Below, in pieces: positions 30,601 to 38,221 of a stretch of DNA of 64,000 nt. Numbering within the stretch: position 1 is the stretch's first letter; each line of letters begins with the position of its first letter. The stretch is taken from positions 192,001-256,000 of the forward strand of contig JBHLQH010000001.1 of the NCBI GenBank assembly GCA_048884965.1. The letters are read 5' to 3'. Origin of the DNA: Candidatus Thorarchaeota archaeon. GTDB taxonomy: Archaea > Asgardarchaeota > Thorarchaeia > Thorarchaeales > Thorarchaeaceae. The notes beneath the pieces were generated by a model. That model searched no databases and was not told where the DNA came from. It saw only the letters and a program-made list of their open reading frames with translations. Both the position numbers and the translations under genes were made by a program.

Positions 30601-32406
30601 TTAGTATTCTTTGTATTTATTGAATACCAGACTCTTCACAGTGACTGGAAATACATGACCTTCATGTAATGGGGCCCCAATGTCAATCCAATCTCCTTCT
30701 TCGAGGACCAATTCGTCGAGACTAATCAGATTGTGTTGAATCGAGGTCTCTCTCTTTGTCATCAACCCAACCATCTTTCCAATATCCGTTTCAAAAAGGA
30801 GGATAACCATCATCTTATTGCCAATTGTTTTTGGAAGAGCATTTTCAATCGACTTGACGAATTCCTGCAGCCATGAATATGACCTGTAAAGAGCATCTTT
30901 GAAGTAGAGCGCAACAATTCCCTCGCTCTCGACCATATCGTGCTTTTTGAAGGATCGCTTTACTTCTTCTTCAACTATACCGGGCCGATAATTCTCTGTT
31001 GTCACATTGATTGGGAGAACCGGGATGTTGACAATTGGAAATTCTATTGTCCTATCAAAGTAACATGTTGATCCGGATATGGATAGAGTGAATGCACCTG
31101 CGCCTATGACAGTTGCTCTAATCTTCGTTTCAGGCTCGATGAACTCCATATCATGTTTGTTTGCTAAAGTCTTCAATTCTTGAGCAAGGTACAATCCAAT
31201 GTCATCATAGAACTTCTCTGAACCATAGAATAGCTCCGCAATTCCGCCAGAGAACGAATACTGATCAACCTTGATAGAGAGATCAATGTCTTTGGTCATC
31301 ATAAGTTCTTTAGCTATGGAGCTGCTAGCAGAACCTAGCATGACTTCTATCAAAGCTTCAGCATATGTATGAGCAATCAATCTCACGTCTTCCTCCGGGA
31401 TAATGTCGTCCAATTTGTAGTTCATCCCTAGCTCTTTCATGACGAATTTGGTTGGTTCATCGATTCTCCATATCTTGAACTCATCGTCAATTCCTAGCAA
31501 GCGACCTCCTACATTGATGCAACCTGTACTGTGAATATGACCTCTGGTTGTAATTGCGATATTACTGGTTCCGCCGCCGATATCTACATTCATTATTGTC
31601 TTATTTGTTTCTTTGGAAATCTCGACAACTCCACTTCCCATAGCACCAAGAACTGATTCGTAATTCGGACCAGCAACAGCACTAACAAATTTTCCTGATT
31701 CGGAGGATAGACGTTTCACAATCTCCTCTGCGTTCTGCTTCTTAGCGATTTCTCCAGTGACAATGACGGCACCAGTATCAACCATATCCGTTGTAATTCC
31801 AGCTTTTTGATACTCTTCCTTGCAGAACCCAATTATCGCCTCAATATCGATTGTGTATCTATCTAGGAGTGGTGTGAAGATAATTTCACTCTCATAGATA
31901 ATCTCTCTGTCTTCTAGCATGAATCGATTTGTGGGATTTACGAATGTCCTCTCTCTCTTTAATGCGAGTCGAGAAAAGACCAAGTGTGATGTGGAAGATC
32001 CAATATCTATTCCCACACTGAGGAGTTCCATCTGCTCTGCTTTATCATACATTGGAATAATCTGAGTTCTTGGCTCTGATGAGATTCTTGTGATTTCTTG
32101 CTCCTGTAAAGACGCCTTGATTCTCTGTTGTTCTGAGCTAGCAAGAGCTGCATTCAAGATAGGACTAACTTCTGCCACGAGCCTGTCAAAGTGTGGTCCT
32201 GGTTGAAGAACTGAAGTAAGAGCTGGCTTGAACTCCTTGATCAGCTGTAGATAGTCTAGCGATTCTGCATGATATTGATCTAAGAGGGTTTCATACTCCT
32301 TCGTGAATAACGCTTCAATTGTGGTAGCATTATCACCGAAATGCTCTCTGAAGTACTCACTCACAATCTCGATGATTTGCCATTTGAGTCGGTTGGCGTC
32401 TATTAT
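30601..32406 (-). CDS. eutA: EutA-like ASKHA ATPase, paralog 2 (start revised to ATA 32406 or CTG 32412)
   Basis: SVGIDIGSSTSHLVFS, TGAVIVTGE, DIGGGTSN, ATVIGAG, DWIDIG.P...PVTVKSLVF. Confidence 0.8.
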   Translation of the reverse strand: MIDANRLKWQIIEIVSEYFREHFGDNATTIEALFTKEYETLLDQYHAESLDYLQLIKEFKPALTSVLQPGPHFDRLVAEVSPILNAALASSEQQRIKASLQEQEITRISSEPRTQIIPMYDKAEQMELLSVGIDIGSSTSHLVFSRLALKRERTFVNPTNRFMLEDREIIYESEIIFTPLLDRYTIDIEAIIGFCKEEYQKAGITTDMVDTGAVIVTGEIAKKQNAEEIVKRLSSESGKFVSAVAGPNYESVLGAMGSGVVEISKETNKTIMNVDIGGGTSNIAITTRGHIHSTGCINVGGRLLGIDDEFKIWRIDEPTKFVMKELGMNYKLDDIIPEEDVRLIAHTYAEALIEVMLGSASSSIAKELMMTKDIDLSIKVDQYSFSGGIAELFYGSEKFYDDIGLYLAQELKTLANKHDMEFIEPETKIRATVIGAGAFTLSISGSTCYFDRTIEFPIVNIPVLPINVTTENYRPGIVEEEVKRSFKKHDMVESEGIVALYFKDALYRSYSWLQEFVKSIENALPKTIGNKMMVILLFETDIGKMVGLMTKRETSIQHNLISLDELVLEEGDWIDIGAPLHEGHVFPVTVKSLVFNKYKEY

Positions 32407-32408
32407 GT

Positions 32409-34457
32409 TCAGACCCCCAGCGAGTACTCTCTGTTCGCATTGAAGACCAAGCTTTTCACAGTAACTGGAAACGCTTCGGTTTCTTTCAATGGTGCTCCAA
32501 TGTCTATCCAATCACCAGCTTTAAGGTCAAGTTCATCGATGACCAGAATGTTCTGTTGAATCGAGGTTTCATCACGAATTGCAAGACCCAACCTCTTTGC
32601 AACATCATATCCGAAGATTAGGATAATCATCTTGCTATTCGATACAGAATTTGGTAGAGCTTTCTCTATAGTCTTAGCAAAAGGTGCCAGCCATTCATCG
32701 CCAGAGTAAAGCCGCGAAAAGATCATCTCTTTGAAGTACAGCGCAACTGTGTCCTGGCCCTCGATCATGTCGAATGTTGTGAATGCTCTCTTGATTTCTC
32801 CCTCGAGTATCTCAGGTGTGAATTCTCTCATACCAAGATTTACAGGCAGAACCGGAACGTTTCCTACTGGGAGTTCAATGTCATCGTCAAAGAATGTGGT
32901 AGATCCGGAAACGGAGAGTGAAAAGGAACCGGCTCCGATTACTGTTGCTCGTATCTTATTCTCTGGCTCAACAATTGTGAGTCCATGTGCTTCTACAAGG
33001 ACTTTGATTTCCTGTGCCAGTATAACTCCGATGTCGTCGAAGTCGCCCTCATTGCCGTAGTACAACTCAGCAATCCCTCCTGAGAAGGAATAGACGTCTA
33101 CTGGTATAGTGAAGTCTAAATTATCTGTCATCATCAGTTCTTTAGCAATGACACTCTTAGCGGGACCAAGCATTGTTTCAACTAGTGCTTTTGCATATTC
33201 TCGAGCAATAGCTCTTGCATCACCTTCAGGAATTATATCTCCAATCTTGTAGTTCATTCCTAGCTCTTTCATAACGAGCTGAGTAGGGCTGTCTATCCTC
33301 CAGATCTTGAAAGATCTGTCAATTCCTAAGAGACGCCCTCCAACGTTTATACAACTTGTACTGAGGACCTTACCGTTGGACACAATCGCCAAGTTACTTG
33401 TCCCTCCTCCAATATCGATATGAAGAATGGTTTTCCTATCGCGGAATGACTGATCAACAATTCCACTCCCCATTGCACTGAGAAGGGACTCCAGATTGGG
33501 GCCTGCTGCAGCACTTACAAATTTTCCCGATTCTGAGGATAGACGGTTTACTATTTCAGCTGCATTCTGTTTCTTTGCGGTTTCACCTGTCACAACCACT
33601 GCGCCAGTTTCAACCATCTCAGGAGTGATTCCAGCTTTCTTGTACTCTTCTTGGCAGAATAGGATCACAGCATCGATATCAATATTGAATCTATCAATCA
33701 GGGGTGTGAAAATGATGTCACTCTCATAGATGATCTCGCGATTAACGAGATTGAAGCGGTTTGTGATATTGAACAAGCTTGTTTCTCTCTTTAGCGTAAG
33801 TTTGGAGAAGATAAGATGCGATGTTGAAGAACCGATATCTATTCCAACACTCAGGAACTTCATATACTCGACATTCTCAGATGGAATATGCATCATCAGC
33901 AGCTCAATCGGTTCAAATGGCTCCTCATTCTCAGCCACTTCCACTTTGTCTTCATCTCTCTTAGAGATCCTGATCTTCATACTCGACCCACAGTGTGCTG
34001 GGACCTCTACCTCTTCTTCTGAATTGAGAATCTCCATCTTCTTCTCACGGGGAACATCTATCACCTGTTCACAGACCGCACAATAGAATTCAAGATCAAT
34101 CGATCTATCGCTCCCGGGCATGACGGGACCTTTCTTAGGAGCGGCTGGTTTTGATTTTCTACGGTGTGCTCCTTCCCACGATGCTTTGACCATGTACTGA
34201 ATCATTGTCATGAGAGTATCAAATTCCTCACAAGGTTGGAGGACCGAAGATAATGCAGGTCTAAATGAAATAATGAGATTTCGCATGCCTTCTACTTCAG
34301 ATTCATCATTCTTCTCTTGATTCTCTACGAGTCTAACATACTCCTTCTCGAAGGCTTCTCCTATTAGTTCTGCATCCTCCGGAAGGTGTTTCTCGAAAAA
34401 GCCTTTGACGACACTAACGATGTGGTTCTTCATATTTTCGACCATGTCTTCAATCAT
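32409..34457 (-). CDS. eutA: EutA-like ASKHA ATPase, paralog 1, with N-terminal helical domain and Zn-ribbon-like insert
   Basis: Same EutA motifs; CAVC...HCG insert. Confidence 0.85.
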   Translation of the reverse strand: MIEDMVENMKNHIVSVVKGFFEKHLPEDAELIGEAFEKEYVRLVENQEKNDESEVEGMRNLIISFRPALSSVLQPCEEFDTLMTMIQYMVKASWEGAHRRKSKPAAPKKGPVMPGSDRSIDLEFYCAVCEQVIDVPREKKMEILNSEEEVEVPAHCGSSMKIRISKRDEDKVEVAENEEPFEPIELLMMHIPSENVEYMKFLSVGIDIGSSTSHLIFSKLTLKRETSLFNITNRFNLVNREIIYESDIIFTPLIDRFNIDIDAVILFCQEEYKKAGITPEMVETGAVVVTGETAKKQNAAEIVNRLSSESGKFVSAAAGPNLESLLSAMGSGIVDQSFRDRKTILHIDIGGGTSNLAIVSNGKVLSTSCINVGGRLLGIDRSFKIWRIDSPTQLVMKELGMNYKIGDIIPEGDARAIAREYAKALVETMLGPAKSVIAKELMMTDNLDFTIPVDVYSFSGGIAELYYGNEGDFDDIGVILAQEIKVLVEAHGLTIVEPENKIRATVIGAGSFSLSVSGSTTFFDDDIELPVGNVPVLPVNLGMREFTPEILEGEIKRAFTTFDMIEGQDTVALYFKEMIFSRLYSGDEWLAPFAKTIEKALPNSVSNSKMIILIFGYDVAKRLGLAIRDETSIQQNILVIDELDLKAGDWIDIGAPLKETEAFPVTVKSLVFNANREYSLGV

Positions 34458-34532
34458 CGATGATCATCCTCTGTAGCTCTCTTGCAAGATGTATTCGTAT
34501 CGACTTATAAAAGATATGTTTATATATTATAA

Positions 34533-34548
34533 AATACAATAATGTATT
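34533..34548. promoter_or_regulatory. Palindromic operator abutting the ATG of the divergent regulator
   Basis: AATACA-ATAA-TGTATT in the AT-rich divergent promoter. Confidence 0.45.
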
Positions 34549-35169
34549 ATGACTCAAAAGGACAGGATTCCATTTCTTTCAGTGCCAGCTGAATCAGGGG
34601 AGCAGGTCCAGCAACGGCTCGTAGAACTGAATTTGCTAGACCCACTTAGAAAAATGGAGAGTCGAAGTGGGAAGATATTCTTTCCTTTGGGGAAGGAGAT
34701 AGTCATGAGTAGTGTATTTCCCGAGATGGACACTGGGGACTGGATTATTGGCTTTAAGAGATTTAGACCAGTGGTATCGGAATCTAAAGCGGTCAAGCGG
34801 AAAAAGATACAAGGAAAAAATAGGGGTAGGAGGACTTTGGCGGAACGTGTAGAATCAATCTTTGAGTTCATAGATATGCAACCCGAACCATTTCCAAAAT
34901 CCGAGTTCCAGAAAATTGGTCTCAATCCAACAACTGCTGAAAGCTGGGTTCGCCTTATCGAGTATATCCAGAATCAGCCAATGATCAAAGTCACACAAAT
35001 GGGATCCTCGACATATATCGAACGACTTGAGAATAGATATCTTAGCATGCTTAGAAAGAGAGTTCTTAATCCAAGTCTGTCAATGAAAGAAAGGACCCAA
35101 ACGATGGAAGATTATATCGGTGCACTCATTACTCTCGAGAAAATCGAAGACGGACGAATCAAGAAATAA
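34549..35169 (+). CDS. Hypothetical protein: Trm5-N-like domain plus winged-helix-like domain
   Basis: FLSVPAESGEQVQQRLVELNLLD...KIFFPL resembles the Trm5/Taw2 D1 domain; FPKSEFQKIGLNPTTAESWV is HTH-like. Confidence 0.5.
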   Translation: MTQKDRIPFLSVPAESGEQVQQRLVELNLLDPLRKMESRSGKIFFPLGKEIVMSSVFPEMDTGDWIIGFKRFRPVVSESKAVKRKKIQGKNRGRRTLAERVESIFEFIDMQPEPFPKSEFQKIGLNPTTAESWVRLIEYIQNQPMIKVTQMGSSTYIERLENRYLSMLRKRVLNPSLSMKERTQTMEDYIGALITLEKIEDGRIKK

Positions 35170-35192
35170 TATCAAAGCAATCAATTTGATAG

Positions 35193-35849
35193 TTACAGCC
35201 TCAGTAGACGGAAGTCACACTTACCATTACCTTCTGCTATGATTTCTGTTCGTTCGAATCTAATCCACTTGGAGATGGCTTCCATCATCAAGTAATCGTA
35301 TTCGCATAGGATAGGTCCCAATTCTGGATGCTCATTTGCCTTGAAGATATCAAAGTAGAAGCACTTCGTGATGTCGAACCCTAGCTCATTATCATTATCT
35401 GCAACATATTCTAGATCGAAGTATTGATTCTCATAGTTGTTTTGATTTCCTGTCTTTATATACTCAACAATGGTCTTCCAAGTATCTTCACTGGATTCCG
35501 CGTGAGCCCTGAAGCTGTCAATCGTTTGCTGTATCATATCCTGATAGATTGCAAGAACATGCTGTTTGAATTCCTCAAATGAAACTTTTTCCTGTTGAAG
35601 TACCTCATATAATGCAAGTACAAATGTAGGATTTACTCCATGACGTTTTGAAACAAAATCTGGCATCAAGTCTGCATTCTTCGAGAATACTCTATAGAAA
35701 GCATCTTCGAATCGATTTGCACAATTGCCAGCTTTCCAAACACCATAGGTTTTGGTCAGGTGAGAATAGGTTAAAGTTTTGAGATATCCTACCATTTGTT
35801 CTATGAACTCAGCTTCTGACATGATTTTCTGGGCTAGTTTTTTCATCAT
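35193..35849 (-). CDS. ATC-hydrolase-like (V4R/H-NOX-fold) protein
   Basis: FDITKCFY...ELGPILCEYD...RTEIIAEG...CDF. Confidence 0.8.
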   Translation of the reverse strand: MMKKLAQKIMSEAEFIEQMVGYLKTLTYSHLTKTYGVWKAGNCANRFEDAFYRVFSKNADLMPDFVSKRHGVNPTFVLALYEVLQQEKVSFEEFKQHVLAIYQDMIQQTIDSFRAHAESSEDTWKTIVEYIKTGNQNNYENQYFDLEYVADNDNELGFDITKCFYFDIFKANEHPELGPILCEYDYLMMEAISKWIRFERTEIIAEGNGKCDFRLLRL

Positions 35850-35951
35850 ATTAACTCATCTTGTAGTAACGTATTGTGACTCCTTTCTGTGACCCTTTTT
35901 TGTGGCTTCGGTATATATACTAAATCTGGTACCATATACTTGTGAAATATC

Positions 35952-36053
35952 ATGGCTCTAGCAACTAACTACCGAACTGATTTCGTAAAGAAGAACAAAC
36001 AGGTCGTTTCGACCAAGGCTGTAGGTTATGCCTATGCAACTGTTGTGAGGTAA
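35952..36053 (+). CDS. Small peptide 1 (33 aa) MALATNYRTDFVKKNKQVVSTKAVGYAYATVVR
   Basis: Manual translation; TATA-like GTATATATAC about 35 nt upstream; paralogous to peptide 2. Confidence 0.6.
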   Translation: MALATNYRTDFVKKNKQVVSTKAVGYAYATVVR

Positions 36054-36059
36054 TTGGAA

Positions 36060-36149
36060 ATGGCTCTTTCCAAGAACACCTATTCACGAAGCACTACTCG
36101 TCCCAAGATTGTCACTGACGCAATCGCTCATGCTTATCTTAGGAGGTAG
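36060..36149 (+). CDS. Small peptide 2 (29 aa) MALSKNTYSRSTTRPKIVTDAIAHAYLRR
   Basis: Manual translation; GAGGT SD inside the end of peptide 1. Confidence 0.6.
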   Translation: MALSKNTYSRSTTRPKIVTDAIAHAYLRR

Positions 36150-36154
36150 ACCCA

Positions 36155-37480
36155 CTGACCCTCATTACGGCGGAAGAAGCTGAGGTTAGCAAACCTGGCT
36201 TCTCAACTATTCTTCACCGTCCTGACTATCTTCGCCTTTGGCTGGGACAGGTCGTATCAAATGTCGGCACCGCAATAAGCTCACTTGCTCTTCTGTTCTT
36301 TGCCTATTATCTGACTGGTTCTGCCCTTGCAATGGCTATCCTGTCAATCGCACGTGTCGTTCCTGTAGTCCTTTTCTCCGGATTCATTGGCGTCTATGTT
36401 GACCGATGGGATCGAAAGAAGATAATGATAGGTTCTGATCTTCTCCGGACACTCCTCATTCTCCTTATTCCTCTCTCTATCTATTTCCCCCAGAATCTAC
36501 CAACTATCTATTGGGTCTACATTCTAACATTCCTCTACGCCTCTGCTGATGCGTGGTTCTATCCTGCCAGAAATGCCTCGATACCCAATCTTGTTGAAGG
36601 AAAAGAGCTTGTCACCGCGAACTCGTTGTCACAAATGACTTTCCAAGTTGTTCAATTGACGATCCCTCCCTTGGGTGGTGTACTAATTGCACTTCTTGCC
36701 CCCGATTACTTTCTGGCATTTGCGATAAACTCCATTGCCTTTGTCTTGTCAGCAATTTCACTATCTGGTATCAAGACAAATCTAAGACCCCAAAATAGCA
36801 CATCTGAGAAGGAAGCAATGCTCTCCCAGATCTCTGCAGGTGCAAAGGTTGTGATTCAGAATGCAGTTCTCAGTTTCATCTTTGTATTTGCTATTCTGCT
36901 CGCAGTTTCTTCGGGTATTCTCAATGCTCTACTAGTACCTCATTTACAAGGCTATCTTGGGCTTTCTGAAGGGGAGATTGGTCTTCTTATGAGTCTAGGC
37001 GCAGCTTCTGGAATAGTGATAGCTCTTTATCTTGGAAAGAAATCCGACCTGAAGCATCCTCTTGCCATGGTGAACATTGCTGGGATAATTGCTGGTATTG
37101 CTGTTCTTGGTTTCTCTCTTGCTGAAGGATTCGTAGCTGTTGCCCTTTCGTGGACCATCATTGCATCTGTTGATGTGATCCTTAACATCCCCCTAAGTGT
37201 CATAATGCAAAAGCTTGTAGCAGACAAGATGCGTGGAAGAGTATTCTCATTGTTATCAGTGGCTTTCACATCCTTCCAAGTAATCGGAATGGGCATTGGA
37301 GGCATCTGGGCTGAAACGATTGGATCAACCATTCTCCCACTCTTCATATCTGGACTTGCTTTCTTCTTGGTGTCGATAATAGCTGCTCTCTATCTCAAGC
37401 AGTCCCACCTTGGTAGTCGTCTATCAATTATGCTGAGTTCCTCGACCGAAGATCAGTTGGTAGTTGCTAGAACCGATTAG
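36155..37480 (+). CDS. MFS exporter (DHA3/MefA-like), CTG start
   Basis: TM1 YLRLWLGQVVSNVG lies upstream of ATG 36332; AGGAGGT SD 7 nt before CTG 36155; GVYVDRWDRKKIM motif A; MRGRVFS. Confidence 0.85.
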   Translation: MTLITAEEAEVSKPGFSTILHRPDYLRLWLGQVVSNVGTAISSLALLFFAYYLTGSALAMAILSIARVVPVVLFSGFIGVYVDRWDRKKIMIGSDLLRTLLILLIPLSIYFPQNLPTIYWVYILTFLYASADAWFYPARNASIPNLVEGKELVTANSLSQMTFQVVQLTIPPLGGVLIALLAPDYFLAFAINSIAFVLSAISLSGIKTNLRPQNSTSEKEAMLSQISAGAKVVIQNAVLSFIFVFAILLAVSSGILNALLVPHLQGYLGLSEGEIGLLMSLGAASGIVIALYLGKKSDLKHPLAMVNIAGIIAGIAVLGFSLAEGFVAVALSWTIIASVDVILNIPLSVIMQKLVADKMRGRVFSLLSVAFTSFQVIGMGIGGIWAETIGSTILPLFISGLAFFLVSIIAALYLKQSHLGSRLSIMLSSSTEDQLVVARTD

Positions 37481-37482
37481 GT

Positions 37483-37555
37483 CGAGACCTCAGAGGCCCT
37501 CCTCAAAATAGGATGGGTCTCGGGGAGAGTGATCAGTGAGCCCTGATCCCTCCCC
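37483..37555. terminator. GC-rich double hairpin between convergent genes
   Basis: CGAGACC...GGTCTCG and GGGGAG-GATCAG...CTGATC-CTCCCC stems. Confidence 0.45.
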
Positions 37556-37561
37556 ACCCTC

Positions 37562-38221
37562 TTACTTTCTCAGAATCTCTTTCGATTCTTCGAAATATTC
37601 AAGATCCCCTTTTGAAATCAAAACTACAATGTAGAGGAAATGCTTCAGGAAGATATCGAAATCGCTAGAATCAAGAAGATCGGTTAAGAGAATCCTCTTC
37701 TTTCTGGGTATCTTCTTCAAGTATTTTTGAAGGTCATCGAGAAAGACCGAGTCTTCTGATGAGAATTTGAAGTCATCTGGAACCCCTGTAATCTCAGGTA
37801 TTTGCTCCTTAGGTAATGGCCTAGATAGTGCATCAAGATGCTGTATTACTCTGTCGAGTGATCTATTCAATGCATCTGGAGATATACGAGTCATTTTTAG
37901 TGGCTGTTTATAGACAATCAGACTGCTAAGGTCTCTAGGTTTGAGTTCCTTCAATCTACTTACATAAAGCTCGGGTGCTGCAAGAATCCTCGCTAGCTCC
38001 TGTACGCGAATTATCTTTGAGCCCAACATCTCATTGAGCATCTCATCAATATCAAGTCGCGAATCTACATCAGCTGTGAGCTTTCTTAGGTCTTGATACG
38101 CCTCAGCAAGACCCACATCAAGAGGATCGAGTTTTCCCTTCTCAACAGAGTCTACTAATTTCTGTACCTTTGATAGTAGCTTCTCTGTCGTTGTCAACTT
38201 CTCACCTCTATTGCTCCTCAA
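37562..38221 (-). CDS. Kleisin (ScpA/Nse4-like)
   Basis: LVDSVEKGKLDPLDVGL (ScpA N-terminal DP-x-D-V/I); C-terminal FLYIVVLISKGDL winged helix; directly downstream of SMC. Confidence 0.7.
   Translation of the reverse strand: MRSNRGEKLTTTEKLLSKVQKLVDSVEKGKLDPLDVGLAEAYQDLRKLTADVDSRLDIDEMLNEMLGSKIIRVQELARILAAPELYVSRLKELKPRDLSSLIVYKQPLKMTRISPDALNRSLDRVIQHLDALSRPLPKEQIPEITGVPDDFKFSSEDSVFLDDLQKYLKKIPRKKRILLTDLLDSSDFDIFLKHFLYIVVLISKGDLEYFEESKEILRK

Noticed and set aside
32409-32511. ORF-track start of the second EutA at 32511
   Set aside because: It overlaps the conserved C-terminus of paralog 1 in another frame, and homology starts only at ~32406
37522-37555. SECIS-like hairpin
   Set aside because: Stem too short, no apical A-run, and no in-frame UGA candidate in neighbouring genes
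21450-37560. Integrated provirus or intact transposon
   Set aside because: No integrase, transposase, capsid or bounding att pair identified; only a patchwork of accessory genes
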